This document shows positions 1-7,571 of a stretch of 11,847 bases of DNA, in pieces; the stretch's first letter is position 1; each line of letters begins with the position of its first letter. Position numbers and translations under genes: made by a program. The notes beneath the pieces were generated by a model. The model saw only the letters and a list, made by a program, of their open reading frames with translations. It made no database searches and was not told where the DNA came from. The DNA is from Candidatus Eiseniibacteriota bacterium (GTDB taxonomy: Bacteria; Eisenbacteria; RBG-16-71-46; CAZEPH01): contig JBGATO010000097.1 in assembly GCA_044229145.1 (NCBI GenBank), positions 1 to 11,847 of the forward strand. The letters run 5' to 3'.

Positions 1-737
1 GGCCGCAGGCGCTCGCGGAGCGTCTGGAACACCATCTCCTGGCTCACGGAACTGAATTGCTCGCGGAAGCTCTTGAGATCGCCGAACGCGTGGTCGTCCA
101 CGAAGCTCACCAGCCCGAAGAGTTCGAGCAACGAGTTCTGCAGCGGCGTTGCGGTGAGCAGGAGCTTGGGCTTTCCATGCAGCGCCTGCTTCAGCACGTT
201 GGCGATGATGTTGTTCGGCTTGTAGACATTGCGCAGGCGGTGCGCTTCGTCCATGACCACCAGATCCCACGGCGCCTCGTGGACATCCGCGGCCTTCGCC
301 TTCGCGAACTGGTAGGAGCAGATGACGACGGACTCGGACGCGGAGAACGGCCGGAACTGCGCTTGCCGCACCGCGGCGTTGTAGGACTTGGCTTCAAGAA
401 TCGAGCAGGGCAGGAAGAACTTCTCTGTGAGTTCCTGATGCCATTGCTTGCGCAGGTTGGCGGGCGTGATGACCAAAATGCGCCGCCGCCGTTCCGCCCA
501 GCGCTGCGAGATGACGAGGCCCGCTTCAATGGTCTTTCCGAGGCCGACCTCGTCCGCCAGGATGGCGCCGCGTGAAAGGGGAGACGCGAACGCGAAGAGT
601 GCGGCGTCGACCTGGTGCGGGTTGAGGTCGACCTGAGCGCCGGCAACCGCGCTGGCGAGTCGCTCCGCGCTGTCGGGAGGACAGCGCCGGGTCAACTCGA
701 GCGCGAAGTACTGGGACTGGTAGTCGGTGTAGGACAT
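1..737 (-). CDS. SNF2-family (SF2, DEAH-box) helicase/ATPase, N-terminal 245 aa; continues beyond the left window edge
   Basis: Manual translation of the minus strand from ATG at 737 is open to the edge: MSYTDYQSQYFALELTRRCPPDSAERLASAVAGAQVDLNPHQVDAALFAF... It shows Walker A/motif I ILADEVGLGKT, motif Ia ILVITPANLRKQW, motif II LVVMDEAHRLRN and motif III LLLTATPLQNSLLELFGLV. AAGGCGG lies just upstream of the ATG. Absent from the ORF track, presumably because there is no stop in the window. Confidence 0.93.
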   Translation of the reverse strand, partial: MSYTDYQSQYFALELTRRCPPDSAERLASAVAGAQVDLNPHQVDAALFAFASPLSRGAILADEVGLGKTIEAGLVISQRWAERRRRILVITPANLRKQWHQELTEKFFLPCSILEAKSYNAAVRQAQFRPFSASESVVICSYQFAKAKAADVHEAPWDLVVMDEAHRLRNVYKPNNIIANVLKQALHGKPKLLLTATPLQNSLLELFGLVSFVDDHAFGDLKSFREQFSSVSQEMVFQTLRERLR

Positions 738-816
738 TCCGCCTTGGGGGATGTCGTGCGCGGAGGTTGAGGCCGCGCAGGGACGCGTTAGTTGCCTGTT
801 CCGAATCCAGCCACCT

Positions 817-825
817 AACCTAGCA
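817..825 (-). promoter_or_regulatory. Possible extended -10 promoter (TGcTAGGTT) for the helicase
   Basis: The minus strand reads TG-C-TAGGTT about 80 nt upstream of the helicase ATG. No good -35 element. Confidence 0.35.
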
Positions 826-896
826 CGCAGGTCCGACAGTCGCGCTTCCGCCCCAGTCAGCTCGGCTCGGCGGGTGCCGCACCGGCGCCCCGGCCC

Positions 897-925
897 TTGC
901 CCTCCCTTCCGCCCCCGCGTAGACT
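897..925 (+). promoter_or_regulatory. Putative sigma70-type promoter for the yggS operon
   Basis: TTGCCC (897-902), 17-bp spacer, TAGACT (920-925); 10 nt upstream of the yggS ATG at 936. Confidence 0.55.
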
Positions 926-935
926 TCCCGGCTTC

Positions 936-1709
936 ATGACGGAGACACCTTCCGGCGTGCCCGCGGGCGGCGCCGACCCTCGCGCGGAGTGGCGCGCCGC
1001 CTTCGCGGCGCGTCTCGACGCGGTGCGCGAGCGGCTGGCCCGCGCCACCGCCCGCGCCGGGCGGCCCGACGGCGCCGTCGCCCTGCTGCCGGTGAGCAAG
1101 ACCTTCCCGGCCGACGCGGTGCACGAGGCGTACGCGCTCGGCCTGCGCGACTTCGGCGAGAACCGCGTGCAGGAGATGGCGGAGAAGGCGGCGGCGTGTC
1201 CGGCCGATATCCGCTGGCACCTGATCGGGCATCTCCAGCGCAACAAGGCGAAGCCGGCAGCGGCCACCGCGGCCAGCGTGCAGTCGGTGGACAGCGCGCG
1301 GCTCGCCGAGGCGCTCGACGCCGCGGCGGCGCAGTACGGCCGCGTGCTGCCGGTGCTGATCGAGATCAACGCCACCGGCGAGGAGGCCAAGGGCGGGCTG
1401 GCGGTAGACGGCGCGGTGGACACCATCGCCGCGATGGCCGAGAGCTGCCAGCACCTGCGCGTCGACGGCCTGATGACCATCGGGCCGACGCCGCCGCCAG
1501 GCGCCACCGGCCCCGACGAGCGCGCGACGCGCCGGGCCTTCGCCACGGTGCGGGCGCTGTACGAACAGATCGGCGCGGCGCAATTGCCGCGCGTCACCAT
1601 GCGCGAGCTGTCGATGGGCATGTCGGGCGATCTGGAATGGGCGGTCGAGGAGGGCTCGACCCTAGTGCGGGTGGGCACGGCGCTTTTCGGACAAAGGAGT
1701 GTGCGATGA
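936..1709 (+). CDS. yggS: YggS family pyridoxal phosphate homeostasis protein (PLPBP)
   Basis: Motifs LLPVSKT (PLP lysine), FGENRVQE, WHLIGHLQRNK, GLMTIG, LSMGMSGD and VRVGTALFG. ATG 936 preferred over TTG 897, which coincides with the -35 box. Confidence 0.96.
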   Translation: MTETPSGVPAGGADPRAEWRAAFAARLDAVRERLARATARAGRPDGAVALLPVSKTFPADAVHEAYALGLRDFGENRVQEMAEKAAACPADIRWHLIGHLQRNKAKPAAATAASVQSVDSARLAEALDAAAAQYGRVLPVLIEINATGEEAKGGLAVDGAVDTIAAMAESCQHLRVDGLMTIGPTPPPGATGPDERATRRAFATVRALYEQIGAAQLPRVTMRELSMGMSGDLEWAVEEGSTLVRVGTALFGQRSVR

Positions 1710-1999
1710 GCTTCGCGGGCGACACCGTTCGTTTCATCGTCGGGATCGTGCAGCAGCTGCTGTTCCTCTACGAACTGGTGCTGATCGTCACGGTCGCGCT
1801 GTCGTGGGTGAATCCCGATCCGTACAACCCGATCGTGCGGATGCTGCACGCGATCGCCGATCCGGTGCTCGATCGCGTGCGCGGGCTGATCCCGCCGATC
1901 GGCATGATCGACTTCACGCCGATGCTGGTGATCGTCGTCATCGAGTTCTTGCGCTCGGTGGCGCTGCCGCATCTGGCGATGGCGCTGATCGGCGGCTAG
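1706..1999 (+). CDS. yggT: YggT/YlmG family membrane protein (97 aa)
   Basis: C-terminal part of the track ORF 989..1999: LSWVNPDPYNPIVRMLHAIADPVL..RGLIPPIGMIDFTPM. ATGA overlap with the yggS stop; SD AAGGAG at 1694-1699. Confidence 0.93.
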   Translation: MSFAGDTVRFIVGIVQQLLFLYELVLIVTVALSWVNPDPYNPIVRMLHAIADPVLDRVRGLIPPIGMIDFTPMLVIVVIEFLRSVALPHLAMALIGG

Positions 2000-2009
2000 C
2001 GGCCGCGCG

Positions 2010-2276
2010 ATGCCGTTGCTCGACGTCCACGTGAAGCCGCGCGCCGCGCGCTCGGCGGTCGGCACACGGGAGGCAGACGGCCGTTTGGCGGTGAGCGTGC
2101 GCGCGGTGCCGGAGGACGGCGCCGCCAACCGCGAGGTGTGCGAGGTGCTGGCGCGGGCGCTCGGGGTGCCGGTGCGCCAGGTGACGGTGTTCCGCGGCGC
2201 GACGTCGCGCCGCAAGACGGTGAAGATCGAGGGCGTGTCCGAGGCGGCGATCGCCGCGCTCGGCCAGGCGTCCTGA
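2010..2276 (+). CDS. yggU: DUF167/UPF0235 (YggU-like) protein
   Basis: VHVKPRA..., VRAVPEDGAANREV, GATSRRKTVKI are typical of DUF167; usual neighbour of yggS/yggT. Confidence 0.88.
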   Translation: MPLLDVHVKPRAARSAVGTREADGRLAVSVRAVPEDGAANREVCEVLARALGVPVRQVTVFRGATSRRKTVKIEGVSEAAIAALGQAS

Positions 2277-2301
2277 CCAACAGCGAGAGGAAATCGCAGG
2301 C

Positions 2302-3147
2302 ATGAGTGAGTCGAGCGTCCCCGTCGTGTCCCCGCTGCGCGCGCGGATCGACGAAGCGGTGGCGGCCATCCGGCGCATCACCCCGGCGAGCCCGCGCATC
2401 GGCGCCATCCTCGGCACCGGGCTCGGCCGCGTCGCCGAGGCGCTCACCATCGAGGCGACGATTCCCTACGGCGAGATCCCGCACTTCGCCGAGAGCACGG
2501 TCGAAGGCCACGCCGGCGAACTGGTGTTCGGCCGCTTGGGCGATCACCACGTCGTCGTGATGCGCGGCCGCATGCACTACTACGAAGGCTACTCGATGCA
2601 GCAGGTGACGTTCCCGGTGCGCGTGATGCGCGCCCTCGGCGTCGACACGCTCATGGTGTCGAACGCGGTCGGCGGCATGAATCCGCTGCTGTTGCCGGGC
2701 GACGTGGTCGCGGTCACCGATCACATCAACTTGATGGGCGACAATCCGCTCATCGGCCCGAACGATGACACGCTGGGGCCGCGCTTCCCCGACATGAGCG
2801 AGCCGTACAGCCGCGACCTCATCGCGCGGCTCGAGGACATCGCCCTCGAGGAGAAGATCAAGCTGAAGAAGGGCGTGTTCGTCGCGGTGGCGGGGCCGAA
2901 CCTCGAGACGGCGGCCGAGTACCGCATGCTGCGGGCGATGGGCGCCGACGTGGTCGGCATGTCGCTGATCCCCGAGACCATCGTCGCGGTGCACGGCGGG
3001 ATGCGCGTGGCCGCGTTGTCGGTGGTCACCGACCGCTGCTGGCCGGACGCGCTGGAGCCGGCGAACGTCGAGAAGATCATCGCCGTCGCGATGTCCGCCG
3101 AGCCGACCCTGACGCGGCTGATGACGCGTCTCATCGACCGCCTGTAG
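2302..3147 (+). CDS. punA: Purine nucleoside phosphorylase (trimeric PNP/MTAP family, PunA/XapA-like)
   Basis: ILGTGLG, STVEGHAG, GRMHYYEGY, NAVGGMNP, DHIN, GPRFPDMS, GPNLETAAEY, DVVGMS motifs. Confidence 0.93.
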   Translation: MSESSVPVVSPLRARIDEAVAAIRRITPASPRIGAILGTGLGRVAEALTIEATIPYGEIPHFAESTVEGHAGELVFGRLGDHHVVVMRGRMHYYEGYSMQQVTFPVRVMRALGVDTLMVSNAVGGMNPLLLPGDVVAVTDHINLMGDNPLIGPNDDTLGPRFPDMSEPYSRDLIARLEDIALEEKIKLKKGVFVAVAGPNLETAAEYRMLRAMGADVVGMSLIPETIVAVHGGMRVAALSVVTDRCWPDALEPANVEKIIAVAMSAEPTLTRLMTRLIDRL

Positions 3148-3163
3148 CGCGGGAGCCCTGAGC

Positions 3164-6100
3164 ATGTCCGACACCCACACCGACACGCCGCGCGCCGGCT
3201 TCCGCGCCGTCAGCGCCGACCTCGACGTCCGCGCGCTGCAGGACCGCGTCCTGGCGCACTGGGACGCCCACGACATCTTCGCCGCCTCGCTGCGCCTGCG
3301 CGCCGAGGCGCCGCCGTTCGTGTTCTTCGAAGGCCCGCCGACCGCCAACGGCCGTCCCGGCGTGCACCACGTCTTCGCGCGCACCATCAAGGACGCGATC
3401 TGCCGCTACCAGACGATGCGCGGCCACTTGGTGCGCCGCAAGGCCGGCTGGGACACCCACGGCCTGCAGGTCGAGATCGAGGTCGAGAAGGCGCTCGGCC
3501 TCAAGTCGAAGACCGACATCGAGGCGTACGGCGTCGAGAAGTTCAACCAGGCGTGCCGCGACTCCGTCTTCACTTACGTCGACCAGTGGCGCGACATGAC
3601 GCGCCGCATCGGCTACTGGGTCGACCTCGACGATCCGTACATCACGCTCGACCCGCGCTACATCGACAGCGTGTGGTGGACGCTCGCCGAGTTCTTCAAG
3701 GCGGGGCTGATCTACCGCGGCTACAAGGTGCTGCCGTGCTGTCCGCGCTGCGGGACGCCGCTGTCGTCGCACGAGGTCGCGCAGGGTTACGACGACGCCG
3801 AGGACCCGTCGCTCGTCGTCACCATGCCGCTCACGCTGCCGGCGCATCTCGGCGGCGAGGACGTCGAGGCGCTGGTGTGGACGACCACGCCGTGGACGCT
3901 GCCGTCGAACGTCGCCTGCGCGGTGAATCCGGATGCCACGTACGCCATCGCGCAGTGCGGCGCGCGCCGCGTGCTGCTCGCCGAAGCGCGGCTCGACTTC
4001 GTGCGCGCCGATCTCGAGAAGGCGAGCGGCGGCGAACCGCTCACCGTGACGCGCACGTTGCGCGGCGCCGACCTCGTCGAGCTGCGCTACACGCCGCTGT
4101 TCCGCTACCTCGACGACCCGCGCGCCTTCCGCTTCGTCGCCGGCGACTTCGTGTCGCTCGACGACGGCACCGGCATCGTGCACATGGCACCGGCGTTCGG
4201 CGCCGACGACTACGAGATGTCGAAGGTCCACGACCTCCCGGTGTTCCGCCCGATCGACGCGCGCGGCCTGTTCACCGCCGACGTGCCAGAGTGGCAGGGC
4301 CAGTTCATCAAGGACGCCGATCCGAGCATCATCGAGCACCTGCGCGGCGCCGGCCGTCTCATCTTTGCGCGCAAGTTCACGCACACCTATCCGTTCTGCT
4401 GGCGCTGCGACTCGCCGCTCATCTACTACGCCCGCGACTCCTGGTACATCGCCACCACGCGCTACAAGGACGACCTGCTGCGCGCCGCCGCCGAACTCGA
4501 GTGGCACCCGGACGAAGTGGGCGAGGGCCGCTTCAACTCGTGGCTGCGCGGCAACGTCGACTGGGCGATCTCGCGCGACCGCTACTGGGGCACGCCGCTG
4601 CCGGTGTGGATCTGCGCGTCGTGCGGTGGCCAGCACTGTGCCGCGTCGCGCGCCGAACTCACCGCCGACGGCCGGCTGCTCGACGCGCCGGCGCAGCCGG
4701 ATGCGTTGCCGGCGTGGAGCGCGGTGCAGAGCCAGGCCGCCGCCGTGCCGGCCGACTTCGACCCGCACAAGCCGTTCATCGACCGCGTCGTGCTGCCGTG
4801 CCGCGCGGCGGGGTGCGGCGGCACGATGTTCCGCACGCCGGAAGTCATCGACGCGTGGTTCGACTCGGGCTCGATGCCGCACGCGCAGTGGCACTATCCG
4901 GCGATCACCAAGGAACTGACGCCGCGCGAGTTCCCGGCGAACTTCATCGCCGAGGGCATCGACCAGACGCGCGGCTGGTTCTACAGCTTGCTGGCGATCG
5001 GCGCGTTCCTGTGGAAGAAGGCGCCCTACCGGCACGTCATCGCCAACGAGCTGGTGCTCGACAAGGTCGGCCAGAAGATGTCGAAGTCGCGCGGCAACGC
5101 GGTGGATCCGTTCGCGCTGCTCGACAGCGAGGGGCCGGACGCCATCCGGTGGTATCTGCTGACCACGAGCCCGCTCGGTTCGCCGATCCGCTTCGACGCC
5201 GACGGCGTGAAGGATGTGCGGCGACGCCTGCTTGGCACGCTGCTCAACACGGCGTCGTTCTTCACCCTCTACGCCAACATCGACGGCTTCCACCCGCGCC
5301 GCGGGCTGGCGGCCGACGGCGGAGCGCCGGTCGCGCCGCAGGCGCTCGACGCCAACGCAGCGCTCGACACCTGGGTGCTGTCGCGGCTCGACGCCACCGT
5401 CGAGCGCGTCGTGCAAACGCTCGAGACGTACGACCTGACGCGCGCCGGCCGCGTGCTCAGCGACTTCCTCATCGACGACGTCAGCAACTGGTACGTGCGG
5501 CGCAACCGCCGGCGCTTCTGGCGCGCCGCCGCCACGCCGGCCGACCGCGCCGACAAGGAAGCCGCCTACCGCACGCTGCACGAGGTGCTGGTCAAGACGA
5601 CGCAGATGCTGGCGCCCTTCATGCCGTTCGTCGCCGAGGACCTCTACCAGGCGCTGGTGGCGGAACTCGACGACGCCGCGCTGCCGAGCGTCCACCTCAC
5701 CGACTTTCCGCATCCGGTGGCCGGCCGACGCGACACCGCGCTCGAAGCGGAGATGGACACCGTGCGCACACTCGTCGAACTCGGCCGCGCCGCGCGCTCG
5801 ACCAGCGGCCGCAAGGTGCGCCAGCCGCTTGGCCGCCTGATGGCCGCGCCGGCCAGCGGCGAGGTACAGCGCGCCCTGCAGCGCCTCGGCGACATCGTGT
5901 GCGACGAACTCAACGTGAAGTCGCTGTGGGCCGTGTCGGCTGAAGAAGTCGTCCTGCTCAAGGCGAAGGGCCTGCGCAGCGAGCTCGGGCCGAAACACGG
6001 CAAGCGCGCGCAACTCGTCATCGACGCGCTGGCGCAGGTGCCGTCGCACGACGTCGAGATCCTGGCGCGCGGCGAGTCGCTGTCCCTGATGGTCGAAGGC

Positions 6101-6475
6101 GCCGAAGTCGTGGTGGCGGCGAGCGACGTGCAGATCCTGCGCGAGCCCAAGCCGGATACCGCCGTCGCGAGCGGTGGCGCGTACACCGTCGGTCTCGACA
6201 CCCGGCTCACGCCGGAGTTGCAGACCGAGGGCATGGTCCGCGAGTTCGCCCACCGCGTGCAGACGGCGCGCAAGGCGGCGGACTTCCAGGTCACCGACCG
6301 CATCACCATCCGCTACGCCGCCAGTGACGGGCTCGCTGCCGCGCTCGTCCAGCATGGCGAGACGGTGCGCGAGGAGACGCTGGCGGTCGCGCTCGACGCC
6401 GCGCTGCCCGAGGGCGAGGGCGAGTCCTGGAGTTTCGACGGCGAAACGGTTCGGGTGGCCATCGCCCGCGCCTAG
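3164..6475 (+). CDS. ileS: Isoleucine--tRNA ligase, type 2 (IleRS2)
   Basis: FFEGPPTANGRPGVHH, GWDTHGL, editing domain WTTTPWTLPSN and GTGIVHMAPAFG, DWAISRDRYWGTPLP, EGIDQTRGWFY, KMSKSRGN (5075-5089), SNWYVRRNRRRFW and a long type-2 C-terminus; 1103 aa. Confidence 0.98.
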   Translation: MSDTHTDTPRAGFRAVSADLDVRALQDRVLAHWDAHDIFAASLRLRAEAPPFVFFEGPPTANGRPGVHHVFARTIKDAICRYQTMRGHLVRRKAGWDTHGLQVEIEVEKALGLKSKTDIEAYGVEKFNQACRDSVFTYVDQWRDMTRRIGYWVDLDDPYITLDPRYIDSVWWTLAEFFKAGLIYRGYKVLPCCPRCGTPLSSHEVAQGYDDAEDPSLVVTMPLTLPAHLGGEDVEALVWTTTPWTLPSNVACAVNPDATYAIAQCGARRVLLAEARLDFVRADLEKASGGEPLTVTRTLRGADLVELRYTPLFRYLDDPRAFRFVAGDFVSLDDGTGIVHMAPAFGADDYEMSKVHDLPVFRPIDARGLFTADVPEWQGQFIKDADPSIIEHLRGAGRLIFARKFTHTYPFCWRCDSPLIYYARDSWYIATTRYKDDLLRAAAELEWHPDEVGEGRFNSWLRGNVDWAISRDRYWGTPLPVWICASCGGQHCAASRAELTADGRLLDAPAQPDALPAWSAVQSQAAAVPADFDPHKPFIDRVVLPCRAAGCGGTMFRTPEVIDAWFDSGSMPHAQWHYPAITKELTPREFPANFIAEGIDQTRGWFYSLLAIGAFLWKKAPYRHVIANELVLDKVGQKMSKSRGNAVDPFALLDSEGPDAIRWYLLTTSPLGSPIRFDADGVKDVRRRLLGTLLNTASFFTLYANIDGFHPRRGLAADGGAPVAPQALDANAALDTWVLSRLDATVERVVQTLETYDLTRAGRVLSDFLIDDVSNWYVRRNRRRFWRAAATPADRADKEAAYRTLHEVLVKTTQMLAPFMPFVAEDLYQALVAELDDAALPSVHLTDFPHPVAGRRDTALEAEMDTVRTLVELGRAARSTSGRKVRQPLGRLMAAPASGEVQRALQRLGDIVCDELNVKSLWAVSAEEVVLLKAKGLRSELGPKHGKRAQLVIDALAQVPSHDVEILARGESLSLMVEGAEVVVAASDVQILREPKPDTAVASGGAYTVGLDTRLTPELQTEGMVREFAHRVQTARKAADFQVTDRITIRYAASDGLAAALVQHGETVREETLAVALDAALPEGEGESWSFDGETVRVAIARA

Positions 6476-6505
6476 TCGTCTCATGCGGTGCGTGAAGGAG
6501 AGAAT

Positions 6506-6889
6506 GTGAACGCCAAGGATACGAAGCACTTCGAGGAACGGCTGCTGGCGGAACGCGAGCGGCTGCTCGGCGCGCTCGGCAGCCTTCAGGAATCCATCCG
6601 CAACGCCCAGCGCGAAGGGGCCGGCGACCAGTCGGCCTACGCCTCGCACATGGCCGACCAAGGCACCGATTCGATGGAGCGCGAGAAGCAGTACCTGTTC
6701 GCCTCGGTCGAAGGACGGGAATTGAAGCAGGTCGAGGACGCGCTCGGCCGCCTCCACCGCGGCGAGTACGGCTACTGCCTGCACTGCCGCGGGCCGATTG
6801 CCCGCCCGCGTCTCGAAGTGGTGCCGCACGCCGAGCTGTGCATCACGTGCAAGGAAAAGCAGGAGCGCAGCCGGGGCACCGAGTTCTAG
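6506..6889 (+). CDS. TraR/DksA family C4-type zinc-finger protein (127 aa)
   Basis: Coiled coil with HMADQGTD, then YGYCLHC...RLEVVPHAELCITCK. GTG at 6506 lies 5 nt after SD AAGGAG (6495-6500). Confidence 0.92.
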   Translation: MNAKDTKHFEERLLAERERLLGALGSLQESIRNAQREGAGDQSAYASHMADQGTDSMEREKQYLFASVEGRELKQVEDALGRLHRGEYGYCLHCRGPIARPRLEVVPHAELCITCKEKQERSRGTEF

Positions 6890-7554
6890 TGACCCGGCGC
6901 CGTCTCACGTTCGGCATCGCCGGCGGCCTGCTCCTGCTCGACATCGTGACGAAGGCGGTGGTGTCGCACCGTATGTTCGTCGGCGAGTCGCGGTGGCTGA
7001 TCGACGGCTGGGCGGCGCTCACCTACGTGCGCAACACTGGCGTGGCGTTCGGAATGTTCCCGGGGAAGCGGTGGTCGTTCATCGCGCTGTCGGTCGTCGG
7101 GATCGCAGCGGTGTTGACGTACGTGTTGCGGCATCCGCCGCGCCTCAAGCGCGAGGCATGGGCGCTCGGACTGTTCCTCGGCGGTGCGTTCGGGAATCTG
7201 ATCGATCGCGTGCGCTGGGGCGAGGTGATCGACTTCATCGAGTTGGGACCGCCGCCGCATACGTTCGCGGTATTCAACGTCGCCGACATGGGCGTGACGT
7301 TTGGCGTGGTGTTGCTGCTGTGGGCGGCGCTGCTGCCGCATGCGGCCGAGACGACATCGCCAGGCGGGCCGGATGAGACCGCGCCGGATCACGCGCTCCC
7401 TGCGGTGGGCGCGGTTGCAGGCGCCGACGCAGCCGGGGCGTTGGCGCCTCCGCACGCCGTGCCGCACGCGCCCGACGCGGACGAGCCGGCCGGTTCCGGC
7501 GCGCCACCCGACAGCACCAGTGCGCCCGACGCGGCCGATTCCGCGGACGCCTGA
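6889..7554 (+). CDS. lspA: Lipoprotein signal peptidase II with a long acidic C-terminal tail
   Basis: D..TK, NTGVAFG, GGAFGNLIDR, VIDFI and FNVAD motifs. GTG start overlaps the upstream TAG (TAGTG); exact start is inferred. Confidence 0.95.
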   Translation: MTRRRLTFGIAGGLLLLDIVTKAVVSHRMFVGESRWLIDGWAALTYVRNTGVAFGMFPGKRWSFIALSVVGIAAVLTYVLRHPPRLKREAWALGLFLGGAFGNLIDRVRWGEVIDFIELGPPPHTFAVFNVADMGVTFGVVLLLWAALLPHAAETTSPGGPDETAPDHALPAVGAVAGADAAGALAPPHAVPHAPDADEPAGSGAPPDSTSAPDAADSADA

Positions 7555-7571
7555 GCGCCGCGCTGCCCGCC

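Noticed and set aside
57..575. 172-aa plus-strand ORF and 151-aa minus-strand ORF (191..646)
   Set aside because: Antisense or out-of-frame shadows of the SNF2 helicase, which has clear motifs in another frame.
845..915. 10-bp direct repeat CTTCCGCCCC (845-854, 906-915) near the helicase/yggS boundary
   Set aside because: Short and low-complexity in GC-rich DNA, and it flanks no element; not credible as a target-site duplication.
3131..6829. 1232-aa minus-strand ORF, plus other long antisense or alternate-frame ORFs (857..2215, 1996..3390, 3553..5943, 7389..8477, 8623..10035, 9828..11102)
   Set aside because: They shadow well-supported plus-strand genes, are Arg/Ala/Gly-rich and have no motifs; stop-poor frames are expected at this GC content.
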